Assembly (NCBI GenBank): GCA_951406725.2
Contig: OX597814.1
Location: forward strand, 27,962,001 to 28,026,000
Direction: 5' to 3'
Origin: Octopus vulgaris
Lineage: Eukaryota
DNA: 64,000 bases
Positions 27,735 to 43,644 of the stretch are shown piece by piece (the stretch's first letter is position 1; the number at the start of each line of letters is the position of its first letter). The position numbers and the translations under genes were made by a program. The notes under the pieces were generated by a model. It saw nothing but the letters and a program-made list of their open reading frames with translations. It was not told the origin of the DNA and did no database searches.

Positions 27735-28404
27735 ATTCTCACACACACACACACACAGACTAAATTGAGAATAATGTCGAAGTATTACAAACAGAAAAAT
27801 ACAAATCTGAATTAAATACTCAAATAAGCCACTCGTAAAAATGAAATGTTTCCTGCTATGAAATCTACCAAATGTTATTGGTATAAACTATGAGATTTGA
27901 TGGTGTTATTAGTTATATAGGTATTTCCAGAAATTGGTGTTATTAGTTATATAGGTATTTCCAGAAATTATCAATGTGTAATTTCAGATCTGACATTCAT
28001 GATTTTATCAATTATAAGAATATTACCAAACCCCTTTGGAACTTCCTGCAGATAGTGCAATGAATAACATACCATCAATACCAGTTGCTTTGAAGAGGAA
28101 AATGCGAAATGTTACATCAATGAATAAAAAGTTTATTATTTTCCAACTAAACACGGAAGACTAATGAGGTAGTATGAAATTTTCTAATTAAAAACAAGAA
28201 ATTTGAATATAGCCGTATTTTTATGTGTGTAGTCTGTATATATATATAGATGGATAGAGAGACACAGACAGACAGACAGACAGACAAATGGATAGATAGT
28301 TATACATATATGGCACAAAACTGTCAAAAAAAACAAAAAGAAAAGACAAAAAAAGAGTACAATAAACAAGGTGCATTACTTTGACGCTAAAGAAAAATGG
28401 AAGT

Positions 28405-28441
28405 GTCTTTGACGTTACGAACCTACGCTCTTCTACAGAGA
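28405..28441 (-). ncRNA. Degenerate hammerhead-like motif (CUGUAGA family)
   Basis: Minus strand: ctct CTGTAGA a GAGC gtag GTTC GTAA CG TC aaagac; GAAA mutated to GTAA. Confidence 0.35.
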
Positions 28442-28663
28442 GGAATGGGGAGAGGAACTGAAGAAGGGAAAAACGGATATATATATAGCAGAAACAACAT
28501 CTTAAAGCAGAAAAAAACCCTAAGCTAATGAATTTGATGACAATTTTATTGTTTTCTCATTCTAATTTCTTATTACTGCTTTATACTCGGCTGACGCTGT
28601 GCTCTGAAACATATGTACAGCAGGTTATTAGTATCGCTATGCCTAAGCGATACATGCATTCAT

Positions 28664-28737
<74 letters not shown>

Positions 28738-28750
28738 GGATGGATGGATG

Positions 28751-28815
<65 letters not shown>

Positions 28816-28839
28816 GCAGACAGACAGGTGATGTATATA

Positions 28840-28888
<49 letters not shown>

Positions 28889-28923
28889 GTCTCTACCATC
28901 TCCAACTGTTTTCTTCCTCATCC

Positions 28924-28961
28924 CTCTCTATAGAAGAGCATATGTTCGAAACGTCAAAAAC
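28924..28961 (+). ncRNA. Degenerate hammerhead-like motif (CUGUAGA family)
   Basis: ctct CTATAGA a GAGC atat GTTC GAAA CG TC aaaa; homologous to 28405 and 48767. Confidence 0.35.
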
Positions 28962-29079
28962 CCTTCCAGTTTTCTTGAGCGTCAAGATAGATAAATAGAT
29001 AGACAGACAGAGAGACAGTCAGACAGACAGACAGACAAGCAGACAGACAGACAGACAGACAGACAGGTAGATAGGTAGG

Positions 29080-29130
<51 letters not shown>

Positions 29131-29679
29131 ATAGATAAACTGATTGATTGATTTATATATCATAGCTGTTATTATGAATACAGATGTATTTTCCTTCTGG
29201 GGAAAAACACACAAACACACACAAACACCAAAACACACAAACACACACAAACACCAAAACACACACGTACTTCAATACACAAATACATTAACACACCCAC
29301 ATCGATATACACATTTACACACACTCTCGCCCACTGTGTAGCACTATAATTTTATATGCGTGCGTCGCTCTGCGTGTGAGTGAATGGGTGCGCACAGGCC
29401 TAAGGTGGGGGCTGGGAAATTTCATTGTCAATCTATTTCCAGCGATTTCCATCTGTTGCACATCAACCCATGTGACATATGTACACGCACTCACATACAT
29501 ACAAGCGCACGCGCGCACGCGCACACGCACACACTCGCACACTCGTACATACACACACACACACTCATACACGCACGTATACACCAGCGGCTATGAGTCA
29601 ATAATGAGCTCTCTACAATCAGAAGTCTCCAAATCATATCATACCGTTTTAAATTATAGGATGGGCGTTTATTTTTTTA

Positions 29680-30367
<688 letters not shown>

Positions 30368-30395
30368 AAAAAAAAAAGTTATGTAAAAATGATCA

Positions 30396-30548
30396 GTGGC
30401 TGTGTGGTAAGTAGCTTGCTAACCAGCCACATGGTTCCGGGTTCAGTCCCACTGCGTGGCATCTTGGGCAAGTGTCTTCTGCTATAGCCCCGGGCCGACC
30501 AATGCCTTGTGAGTGGATTTGGTCGACGGAAACTGAAAGAAGCCTGTC

Positions 30549-30593
<45 letters not shown>

Positions 30594-30819
30594 TGTGTGT
30601 GTGTGTGTGTGTTTCTTTCTGTGTTTGTCCCCCTAGCATTGCTTGACAACCGATGCTGGTGTGTTTACGTCCCCGTCACTTAGCGGTTCGGCAAAAGAGA
30701 CCGATAGAATAAGTACTGGGCTTACAAAGAATAAGTCCCGGGGTCGATTTGCTCGACTAAAGGCGGTGCTCCAGCATGGCCGCAGTCAAATGACTGAAAC
30801 AAGTAAAAGAGTAAAAGAG
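30396..30819 (+). mobile_element. SINE family A, young copy
   Basis: Near-identical to 9366-9787. Confidence 0.92.
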
Positions 30820-30919
30820 CCGAACAACATCGAAACGCATTTGGGCATTGGTTTGTATGATCAGATCTTACTCAACGACGAAGACGAAGGAGAAGAAACT
30901 ACTGCTGCTGCTGCTGCTG

Positions 30920-30955
<36 letters not shown>

Positions 30956-31000
30956 TTGCTACTACTACTAACACGTACATATGCTCATCTGCCCTGTACA

Positions 31001-31204
31001 CTCTTTACTCTTTTACTCTTTTACTTGTTTCAGTCATTTGACTGCGGCCATGCTGGAGCACCGCCTATTTTTAGTCGAGCAAATCGACCCCGGGACTTAT
31101 TCTTTCTAAGCCCAGTACTTATTCTATCGGTCTCTTTTTGCCGAACCGCTAAGTGACGGGGACGTAAACACATCAGCATCGGTTGTCAAGCAATGCTAGG
31201 GGAA

Positions 31205-31275
<71 letters not shown>

Positions 31276-31450
31276 ATATATATATATATATATACGACAG
31301 GCTTCTTTCAGTTTCCGTCTACCAAATCCACTCACAGGGCACTGGTCGGCCCGAGGCTATAGCAGAAGACACTTGCCCAAGATGCCACGCAGTGGGACTG
31401 AACCCGGAACCATGTGGTTGGTTAGCAAGCTACTTACCACACAGCCACTG
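31001..31450 (-). mobile_element. SINE family A, young copy
   Basis: Reverse complement of the 30396 copy. Confidence 0.92.
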
Positions 31451-31646
31451 TGTTTACACATGTACAAGCAACAAAAACTTGCAGCACCCATTTCGATCAA
31501 AAAGTACATTTATGCACACATTATACACATAAGGCGCATGGTTGAGAAACTCGCTTCATAAAGACGTAGTTTCGGGTTCAGACCCATTCTATAGGCCTCC
31601 ATGTCGACCAATGCCTTGAGACTGAATTTGGTAGAAGCTCGTCGTG

Positions 31647-31695
<49 letters not shown>

Positions 31696-31882
31696 ATGTG
31701 TGTGTGTGTGTGTGTGTGTCTGTGCGTGCGTGTGTGTGTGTATGTGTGTGTGTGTATACATACACATGAATAAGCAAGGTGGAGAAAATAGTACTCGAAT
31801 ACCGAAGGTAGAGTGACATGCTCTTTTATTAATGCTATAAAAACATTACAAAAACTGTTACTCAAAGATATCTGTTCTCGTG

Positions 31883-31915
<33 letters not shown>

Positions 31916-32238
31916 AGGTGTGTGTGTGTGTGTAGGTGTGTGTGTGTATGTGTGTGTGAATTGCTAAGTTATAGAGACGTAAACAAATCAGTTTGTTTAC
32001 ATCTCTATAACATAGCGTTTCGGCAAAGGAGAGCCACAGAATAATTACCAAACTTCAAGTAAGTACTGATGTCGATTTATTTAACAAGTCCTCACATGAT
32101 TGTGCTCCAGCATGGCTGCAGTCTAATGACTGAAGCTTGTAAAATAGTATAGATTTTATAATCCATCTTAAGACATACTTTGTACACTAGTTATATGCAT
32201 TTTAACGTGTGTTTATTTATATATATATATATATGTGT

Positions 32239-32274
<36 letters not shown>

Positions 32275-32669
32275 ATGGCATGCATGCGTATGTGTATGCG
32301 TGCATTTAATATAGCCACGTCCACAAATGCGCTCGCATTTAAACATATATCCTGGAAAAATATTTCCACTTTCCCCTCCGGAAAAATCACTATTTGAACT
32401 GGGAAGGTACTTTCACTTTCGGTTTCATGTGAAACTGGAAGCGAATCAATATTTATCTTTTATCTTTTACTTGTTTCAGTTATTTGAATGCGGTCATACT
32501 GGGGCGCCCCCTTGGAGAATTTTTAGTACTACGAATCGACCCCAACATTTCTTTTTTTTTTTTTTGAGCCTGGAACTTATGGAGACGCAAACACCGGTGT
32601 TGTCAGCAAGTGATGAGGGACAAATATAGACAATCACAGACATTTATGAATCTGGGGCCTTGTGGTTGG

Positions 32670-33072
32670 GACACATTAATGCGGAGGTCGATTTGTTCCA
32701 CTAACTCTGCATATGAAAGAGTAAAGCCTTTATACTCCTTCCTAACGCATATTCTATACACTCATTTAGTATTACGTCTTTTTATGTGTGTGTGTGTGTG
32801 GGGGGGCACCTCAGGAGACGCGTGTGTTTTTTTTTTCTTCTTTACTTGTCTTAGTCATTTTACTGCGGCCGTGCTGGGGCACCCCCTTTAAGGGTTTAAG
32901 TCAAATGAATCGACTCCGATACTTAATTTTTTTTTTTAAGTCTATTACTTATTATCTAGGTCCCTTTTGCCGAACCGCTAAGTTACGCGGACGTGTTCAA
33001 ACCAACACCGGTTGTCAAGCAATGGTGAGGTACAAACACAAAGACACACACACACACACACATACACACACA

Positions 33073-33119
<47 letters not shown>

Positions 33120-34129
33120 ACACATAGACATATATATACAACAGGCTTCTTTCATTTTTCGTCTACCATATCTGCTCACAAGGCTTTGGTCGTCCCTACA
33201 ATATACTAGGAGACACTCGGCAAAGATGTCACGCAGTGGGACTGAACCTGGAACCTCCTCAATTACATAGCCACGCATGCACCTATGTATATGCATGAAT
33301 TCAATACACCCGCCTCCACATACACTCACGCAAGAATATATTACAGAGAAATATATTTTCACTTTACGTATCTGGTAAAAGATTTTCAATTTTGATTTGG
33401 AAAATCAGGTATTTCAGAACAGGTAAATACTTTCACTTTCGGTTTCCTGGGAACCTGTAAACAAAAGTAATCAGTATCAACATTGTGAATAAGGAAGGCG
33501 GCGAGCTGGCAGAAACGTTAGCACGCCAGGCGAAATGCGTAGCCGTATTTCGTCTACCGTTACGTTCTGAGTTCAAATTCCGCCGAGGTCGACTTTTGCC
33601 TTTCATCCTTTCGGGGTCGATTAAATAAGTACCAGTTACGCACTGGGTCAATATAATCGACTTAATCCCTTTGTCTGTCCTTGTTTGTTCCCCTCTATGT
33701 TTAACTCCTTGTGGGTAGTTAAAGAAATAGGTATTTCGTCTGCCGCTACGTTCTGAGTTCTAATTCCGCCGAATTCGGCTTTGCTTTCATCCTTTCGGGG
33801 TCGATAAATTAAGTACCAGTTACGCACTGGTGTTGATGTAATCGACTGTTTGTCCCCTCTGTGTTCTGCCCCTTGTGGGCAATAAAGAAATAAGAAACGT
33901 TAGCACGCCGGGCGAAATAATTAGCGGTTTTTCGCTTGTCTTTTCGTTCTGAGTTCAAATTCTGCCGAAGTCGACTTTGCCTTTCATCCTTTCGGGGTCG
34001 ATAAGTTAAGTACCAGTTACGCACTGGGGTCGATATAATCGACTGGCCCCCCCCTCCCCCAAAATTTCGGGATTTGTACCTCGAGTAGAAATGAATGTTG
34101 GTAATATATGAGAAAGAGAGAGGGAAAGT

Positions 34130-34185
<56 letters not shown>

Positions 34186-34876
34186 TGAGAAAATGAAATT
34201 TGGTGAGGGTAGAAATGAGGTTGTGTAATTAAGAAGCTCGCTTTGTCCAACGTGGTTTCTGGTTCAGTTCCACGAAGCCACACCTAACTTCGGTAAGGTT
34301 TTTCACCTTTAAGTGCCCAGGTAACCGTTGCCTCAGGAGTGAATGAGTGTGTGTGTGTGCGTGTGGGCGCTTGTGAGTCAGACTTTGTGCTTACGTTTGT
34401 CTCTCTACCACTTAACAATCGTTTATGGTTGTTTACGCGTCAGTAACTTAGCAGTTCGGCAAACAAAGCAACAGAATAAGTATTAGACTACACATTTAAT
34501 GCGGAGGTCGATTTGTTCCACTAACTCTGCATATGAAAGAGTAAAGCCTTTATACTCCTTCCTATACACTCATTTAGTATTACGTCTTTTTATGTGTGTG
34601 TGTGGGGGGGGGGGCACCTCAGGAGACGCGTGTGTTTTTTTTTTCTTCTTTACTTGTCTTAGTCATTTGACTGCGGCCGTGCTGGGGCACCCCCTTTAAG
34701 GGTTTAAGTCAAATGAATCGACTCCGATACTTAATTTTTTTTTAAAGTCTATTACTTATTATCTAGGTCCCTTCTGCCGAACCGCTAAGTTACGCGGACG
34801 TGTTCAAACCAACACCGCTTGTCAAGCAATGGTGAGGTACAAACACAAAGACACACACACACACACACATACACAC

Positions 34877-34909
<33 letters not shown>

Positions 34910-35400
34910 CACATACATACACACACACAGACATATATATACAACAGGCTTCTTTCATTTTTCGTCTACCAAATCTGCTCACAAGGCTTTGGTCGTCCCT
35001 ACAATATACTAGGAGACACTCGGCAAAGATGTCACGCAGTGGGACTGAACCTGGAACCTCCTCAATTACATAGCCACGCATGCACCTATGTATATGCATG
35101 AATTCAATACACCCGCCTCCACATACACTCACGCAAGAATATATTACAGAGAAATATATTTTCACTTTACGTATCTGGTAAAAGATTTTCAATTTTGATT
35201 TGGAAAATCAGGTAAATACTTTCACTTTCGGTTTCCTGGGAACCTGTAAACAAAAGTAGCTGTATCAACATTGTGAATGAGGAAGGCGGTGAGCTGGCAG
35301 AAACGTTAGCACGCCGGGCGAAATGCGTAGCCGTATTTCGTCTACCGTTTCGTTCTGAGTTCAAATTCCGCCGAGGTCGACTTTGCCTTTCAACTTTTCG
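32670..35400. repeat. Recent local duplication, about 0.9 kb (32670-33630 and 34491-35410)
   Basis: Near-identical blocks from TTAATGCGGAGGTCGATTTG through a shared SINE A and into a shared SINE B head. Confidence 0.92.
33493..34095 (+). mobile_element. SINE family B multimer
   Basis: Head plus three successive body units, the third preceded by a partial head. Confidence 0.87.
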
Positions 35401-35500
35401 GTGGTCGGTAAATTAAGTACCAGTTGTGTGCTGGAGTCGATCTAATCGACTGGCCCCTTCCCTCAAAATTTCGGGCCTTGTGCCTAGAGTAGAACGGAAT
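35281..35500 (+). mobile_element. SINE family B monomer
   Basis: Head, one body, terminal tail; TGAATGAGGAA on both sides. Confidence 0.85.
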
Positions 35501-35767
35501 ATTTTGAATGAGGAAAACAAAGTTATTACGCCTAATCGAAACAAATGCAAATATTTATTGAAATTTTTTGAAAGAAAACAGCTCACCCATCAAATTTCTT
35601 TCTCTTGCTCCCTGGCCTCCTCTCTCTCTAACAGTTTATCTGTCTGTCTGTCTCGATTGAGAGTATATCTTAAGTTTCGCTAAGTAAAATGTTTCAAAAC
35701 TTTCTACTTCTACAAAATTCATTTGGCCAGACTTTGAAAACATCGCTTACAGAAAATGAAAAAGAAA

Positions 35768-36161
35768 TCTTTATATATAAAAGTGAAGTTGTGTGTCTGT
35801 CTCCTACGATTTAGATTCCTAACTACTCCCACATTTTGCGGTGCAGTTTAACCAAAACCGGGTATCTTATAGTCGTGATTCATATCGAGCCCTTCTGGGT
35901 ATTAGCGCGCGTCTACGATGAGTCTACGATTTAAAAAAAATTAACATCATTTTTTTCCATTTTAATGCATTTTTTCGCTATTATATAAGGGGAGTAACTC
36001 TCTAAAAATGTCTACGATGAGTCAACGATTTAAAAAAAATTTACCATCATTTTTTTTCCATCTTAATGCATTTTTTTGCTATTTTTTGGCTATAACTCTC
36101 TAAAAATGCTTATATAGTTATTTCCCTTACAAATCCGAGCAACGCCGGGCGATACTGCTAG
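35768..36161 (+). mobile_element. Non-autonomous Helitron
   Basis: A|TCTTTATATATAAAAG start, subterminal hairpin CCGAGCAACGCCGG, CTAG|T end, no TSD; absent from the paralogous site near 39510. Confidence 0.82.
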
Positions 36162-36317
36162 TCCTATATAAAATACTTTAATCAGAGAACGTCCTTTATA
36201 GTTAAATATATTTAAAACTTACATACATAACTGACGGCAGTGTGAAACTAAGAACAATAGTTTCTGAAAATACTTTGTCATAAAACTATTCCTGACAGTC
36301 TAAACTACCTCGGAATT

Positions 36318-36710
36318 TGGCTGTGTGGTAAGTAGCATGTTTACGAACCACATGGTTCCGGGTTCAGTCCCACTGCGTGGCACCTTGTGCAAGTGTCTTC
36401 TACTATAGCCTCGGGCCGACCAAAGCCTTGTGAGTGGATTTGGTAGACGGAAATTGAAAAAAGCCCGTCATATATATATATATATATATATGCATGCATG
36501 CATGCATGCATGTATATATATATATATATATATATGCATGCATGCATGCATGCATGTATGAATGTATGTATGTATGTATGTATGAATGTATGTATGTATG
36601 TATGAATGTATGTATGTATGTATGAATGTATGTATGTATGTATGAATGTATGTATGTATGTATGTATGAATGTATGAATGTATGAATGTATGTATGTATG
36701 TATGTATGTA

Positions 36711-36751
<41 letters not shown>

Positions 36752-36965
36752 ATATGTTTCTGTGTCTGTGTTTGTCCACCCAACATCGCTGGTGTGTTTA
36801 CGTCCGCGTAACTTAGCGGTTCGGCAAAGAGACCGATATAATAAGTACTAGGCCTACAAAGAATTCCTGGAGTCGATTTGCTCGACTAAAGGCGGCGCTC
36901 TAGCATGGTCACAGTCAAATGACTGAAACAAGTAAAAGAGTAAAGAGTAAAGAGTAAAGGTAAAA
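36318..36965 (+). mobile_element. SINE family A with expanded internal microsatellite
   Basis: Family A head and tail around (TA)(TGCA)(TATG)(TG). Confidence 0.88.
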
Positions 36966-37851
36966 GAAAGAATGGTCGAGAACGATTGACCTGGAATGTC
37001 TTAGCAGTTTAATCATTCCAAGTCTGGAATTTTTTGTTAGTAAGGTTTAAAAATAAACCAGAAAAGTTTTGAAAAGAGGGATTGGCATCGGCTCCGTTTA
37101 GAACGCAATATAAGAAATACATAAACGAGAAAGAGGGAGGGGAAGTCAGAGAGAGAGAGGGGGGAGACAGAGAGAGAAAGAGGGGGAAACAGAGAGAGAG
37201 AGAGAGTGAGAGGGGGGAGACACAGAGAGAGAAAATGGGAGAGGGGGGAGACACAGAGAGAGAAAAAGGGAGAGAGGGGAGAAAGAGAGAGAGAGAGGAG
37301 GAGAGAGTGGAGAAAGAGAGAGAGAGAGGAGGAGAGAGGGAGAAAGTGTGTGTGTGTGTGTGTGTAGGGGGGTGATTTGTTGCGGGCAGAGGTGAGGTTG
37401 TGTTGTTAAGAAGCTCGCTTTGCATCACATGGTTTTGGATTCAGTTCTATTAAACGGTACCTTCGGCAAGTGTCTTCACCTTTAAGCGTGGAGCCGACTC
37501 GAGCAATGCCTTGCGAGTGAATGTGTGTGTGTGTGTATCTGTGTATGTGTGTGTGTTTGTGCGATGTCCGTGCACGCTATCGTGAGGCTGACTTTGTGTT
37601 TGCGTTTGTCTCTCCACCGCCTGACAACCAGTTATGGTTCGTTTACGTCTCTGTAACTTAGCGGTTCGGTAAACGAAAAACTATAGAATAAGTGCTAGAC
37701 TTCACGTAAGCCCTGAGTCTGATTTGTTCCACTAACTCTACATATGAAGGACTATAGACTTCATAACTTTTCCTAACACATATTCCATACATTCACGCAT
37801 TAATCTCGTCTATTTGAATGTGAGTGTGCATATATATTTGTAGGGAGACGC

Positions 37852-38208
37852 AATGGGCAGCGGACTCGCGGTCATAGGATCACGGTTTCGATTCCCAGAC
37901 CGGGCGTTGTGAGTGTTTATTGAGCGAAAACACCTAAAGCTCCACGAGGCTCCAGCAGGGAATGGTGGTGATCCCTGCTGTACTCTTTCACCACAACTTT
38001 CTCTCACTCTTACTTCCTGTTTCTGTTGTACCTGTATTTCAAGGGGCCGGCCTTGTCACTCTCTGTGTCACGCTGAATATCCCCGAGAACTACGTTAAGG
38101 GTACACGTGTCTGTGGAGTGCTCAGCCACTTACACGTTAATTTCACGAGCAGGCTGTTCCGTTGATCGGATCAACCGGAACCCTCATCGTAACCGACGGA
38201 GTGCTTCC
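37852..38208 (+). mobile_element. SINE family C, slightly 5'-deleted
   Basis: 18-bp TSD ATATTTGTAGGGAGACGC at 37834-37851 and 38209-38226. Confidence 0.92.
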
Positions 38209-38965
38209 ATATTTGTAGGGAGACGCGTATGTGTTTATTATTTTTTACTTGATTCAGTCCTTTGGCTGCGGCCATGCTGGGGCACAACATTGAAGGGTTT
38301 TAATCGGATGAATCGAATCGGGTACTTATTTTGTTTTAAAGTCTGTTACTTATTCTCTAGGTCTCTTTTGTCGAATCGCGATGTTACGGGGACGTATCCA
38401 AACCAACATTTGTCAAGTGGTGGTGGGGGAAAAACACAGACACACACTTTTGTATACAAACATACACACACAATGGGCTTCATTCAGTTTCCATCTACTA
38501 AATCCACTCACAAGGCTTTGGTCGTCCCAAGGCCAGAAAACACTTGTCCAAGATGTCGCGCTGGGGTTTGAACCCGGAACCATATGCCTGGGAAGCAATC
38601 TCCTCAGTCACATAGTCACGCATACGCCTATGTATATGCATGAATTCAATTTACCTACCTCCACAGGAATACATTACAAGGGAAAATATTTTCACCTTAT
38701 TAATTTGGCGAAATACTTTTACTTTTGATATGGAAAATCAGGTATTTCAGATCTGGTAAATAATTTCACTTTCAGTTTCCTAGTAACCTGGAAACGAAAG
38801 TAGAAGTATCGATATTTGGTGTGAGAAAATGGATGTTATTACGACTTATAAAAACAAATGCAAATATTTATTGGAAAATTTTTTGAAAGACAACCGCTCA
38901 CCCGTCAAACCACCTCGTCTATTGCAATCTCCCTCTCCGTTCTCTGTTTGTAAGTCTGTCTGTCA

Positions 38966-38999
<34 letters not shown>

Positions 39000-39037
39000 T
39001 TTCCTCTCTCTCTCTCACTCTCTATCTATCTATCTAC

Positions 39038-39087
<50 letters not shown>

Positions 39088-39222
39088 GTCTGTCTGTCTG
39101 TCTGTCTGTCTGCCTGTCTGTCTGTCTGTTTATCTAACTATCTTTCTGTCTGTCTGTCTGTTTGCCTATCTCTCTTTCTATCTGCCCATCAGGCTATCTG
39201 TCTGTGCCTCCTGTCTGACTGC

Positions 39223-39328
<106 letters not shown>

Positions 39329-39645
39329 TTCTGTCTGTCTGTCTGTCTATACCACCTGTCTGTCTCAACTGAGAATACATCTGAAGTTTCACTAAGTAAA
39401 ACATTTCAAAACTTTTAGTTTCAACAAAATTCAATTGGCCAAACTTTGAAAGCATCGCTTACAAAAAATAGGTTTTTTAAAAAAATTCCCCGTATAAAGT
39501 AATTCTTTAAAAAAATTCCCGTATAAAGTAATTTAAACAGAGAACTTCTTTTATATTTGAATATATATAAAAAACTTATATATATAAAATGCGGCAATGT
39601 GAAACTAGGAACAATAATTTCTGAAAATACTGTTAAAATATTATT

Positions 39646-40043
39646 TTTTTCTACTATAGTGACAAAGGGCTGAAATTTGGCGGAGGGGAATAGTCGATTA
39701 CATCGACCCCAGTACTCAACTGGTACTTAATTTATCGACCCCGAAAGGATGAAAGGCAAAGTCGACCTCGGCGGAATTTGAACCTAGAACGTAGCGGCAA
39801 GCGAAATACCTATTTCTTTATTACCCACAAGGGGCTAAACATAGAGGGGACAAACAAGGACAGACATAGGTATTAAGTCGATTACATCGACCCCAGTGCG
39901 TAACTGGTACTTAATTTATCGACCCCGAAAGGATGAAAGGCAAAGTCGACCTCGGCGGAATTTGAACCTAGAACGTAGCGGCAAGCGAAATACCGATAAG
40001 CTTTTAGCCCGGCGTACTAACGATTCTGCCAGTTCGACGCCTT
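39646..40043 (-). mobile_element. SINE family B, two-unit copy
   Basis: 184-bp tandem; TSD CTGTT(A/G)AAATATTATT at 39630-39645 and 40045-40060. Confidence 0.9.
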
Positions 40044-40202
40044 GCTGTTGAAATATTATTCCTCACAACCTAAGCTAGCTACAAAATATATATTCAACCG
40101 GTGTCCATATAAGATTTTCTTGTAAAAAAATTATGTGCAATAAATTTATTATACTTGTACTATAGACAAAGCATTTTAACAATTTTTAAAATACAGTTCC
40201 TG

Positions 40203-41135
<933 letters not shown>

Positions 41136-41736
41136 CTCAATTGACTGTAAATTCGAAGACTCACCAAGTAAAAGCTTTCCAAAACATTCAAACAGTTTGA
41201 AAAAAAACTTAACGAAACTTTGCAGAGCCTACTTCACGCAATCAATTATTATTTCGAATAATTTTCCTTGATTTTATATTTAGAAATACACTTATAAATA
41301 TGAATGCAGCAATGGGAACCTTGAAATGGCAGTTTCTGAAGTTACTTCCGTCATAAAAAATTATTTCCCAAAATCTAACTTAGGAAATTTATATTTAAGA
41401 GAGTGGATTCATTTAGTATATCATAGGAGTTTGACCTTTCCAAGCCTGGAATTTTTACTTAGTAAGAGTTAAAAATGAAACAGAAGTGTTTTTGAAATGA
41501 GGGATTGGCATCGGCTCCATTTTGAGACATGTCGTAACATGAAAAATATATGAATGAGAGAAGGGGGGGGAAAGAGAGAGCAGGATGGGGAGATAGAGGG
41601 GGGGTGAGAGAGAGAGAGAGAGAGAGAGAATGAGTGATAGAGAGATTTGCTTGAGTGTTGAAATGAGGAGTGGTCTATATATGCGTATGTATATTTTGAT
41701 GTATCTCTATTTCACTTTACATATATATATATATAT

Positions 41737-42069
41737 AATTTTTTTTTCAGAATGCGATAAAAATCCAAGGCTGTGAAGATTTTAGAACATTTATAAATAG
41801 AAGGTCTTACAGCTGTTTCCAGGATATATTCTATCTCTCTTCATCGGAGACGGTGTGAGAAAATGGTTAAGCGATAGCTAATTTAGATAAGATAAGAAAT
41901 AGAGAGTGAAGTGGAGGAATGAAAATAGAGGTGAGATATGCAGGGATATAGCATTTGTAGATCCATTATTTAGGCACAATGGTATACATATAAGTTTCCA
42001 ATACCTTGTGAGTAAATTCCAATAGTTTTTAAAATCTTCACAGCCTTGGATTTTTATCTCATTCTGAAA

Positions 42070-42075
<6 letters not shown>
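41737..42075. mobile_element. 339-bp inverted-repeat element in (TA)n carrying a hammerhead-like motif
   Basis: About 46-bp inverted arms 41737-41784/42030-42075, (TA)n on both sides. Confidence 0.75.
41804..41851 (-). ncRNA. Hammerhead-like motif (CCGAUGA core)
   Basis: Minus strand: GTCT CCGATGA agagagatagaatatatcctg GAAA CAGCTG TA AGAC; stem I 4 bp, palindromic ACAGCTGT, stem II imperfect. Confidence 0.55.
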
Positions 42076-42100
<25 letters not shown>

Positions 42101-42261
42101 CATGCTGATATATGACCTACGTTGGACTCCTTATTCGCATAATCACCAAACCTGGAGCTTCACTATGGTCTGTCCATAGCACTTACTCAGAATTACCTGA
42201 CACCTTTGGGTCTTCTTGACACCATTACCTCTCATAACCTCTCTCTCCCTCTCTCCTTATA

Positions 42262-42313
<52 letters not shown>

Positions 42314-43475
42314 CTAATGTAACAGTAAAATGTACACATGTTGTGCGACACGATAGCTAGGCAACGTTTGGTCAAATCTAGTTGCTCTCAAACACAGAAT
42401 ATGTTCTGGTCGAAGTCCAGCGTAGAGGAGAGATAGAAATCCCGCGGCTATCCAATAGATAGATCCAAAGACTGTTGGCTCCCCCTGGCAACTAAAAAAC
42501 CTTTTAGAACAATCCATGACGCATTGGTATTAATAACAGGGGCATAAATCCGCTTTCTTGGAAGCTTGTAGAATGTTCGCCAAGGAAGATCACTGTGGTT
42601 GGATCGTGTGACTTCCGCTAGTCGTAAACAATACCATAACAAAGTTGAAAAGTTGAAAAAGGTTTTTTTCAAATTATGTAACTCCTACAATATATTTATA
42701 ACAAATGGATGTCTTATAAAACTATTCCGCACATACAATAACAGCCATACCAACAAACCAACATACATCCATCATCAGCTGCCCCACGGATATCACTATG
42801 GTTTCGACACCTGGGCAGTACCTTTCAATCCGGCGGTGTCAACAGCACTAAAATAAGTGTTGTTTGGGAACAAACATACCTTAGATATCACTACATTCAT
42901 TCAATCTTAATTCTAGGAGGGATTAAACACTAACATTATTAATTAAACTACAACAAAGAAACACATTTTATCCTGTGTACAGAATCAGTATGGGTAAATA
43001 AATTCAGTAAGTAAACTTATAACTAACTCCTAAATAATCTAACTAAATAGCAACCTAGATCTTGAAGTCCATGCAGATAATATTTCCACCAGTCTTCCAT
43101 AGTCACTAATGTCAAAGTGAAAGCTTTTTATATTCTATTTTTTCCCAAAACAAAAACAAACACATGACATGATTTTGTCGATCTGAGGACATAGCCGAAG
43201 ATAACTAAAATTCCACGCAGTGGGTGATTTGTAAGTAAACTTCTTACGATACTGCCACGCTTGCGTCTATCTTACTACACAGCCACGTCTACAGGCTTCC
43301 ACACAGTTTCTGTCTACTAAATTCGCTCACAAGGTATTGGTCAACCCTGGGGGTGCTATAGTAGAAGATACTTGCCGCGCAGTAGGATCGAACCCGCAAC
43401 CACGTGGTTGCAAAGCGAAAATTTTAATCACACAGTCATGCCTACGCCTGTACACCCACACACATACATGTATAT

Positions 43476-43531
<56 letters not shown>

Positions 43532-43535
43532 GGAG

Positions 43536-43627
<92 letters not shown>

Positions 43628-43644
43628 GTGTGTGTGTGTGTGTG

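Noticed and set aside
27901-27968. 34-bp tandem duplication
   Set aside because: Simple slippage duplication with no further structure.
42314-42856. Short ORFs in unique-looking sequence
   Set aside because: No recognisable domain or consistent frame.
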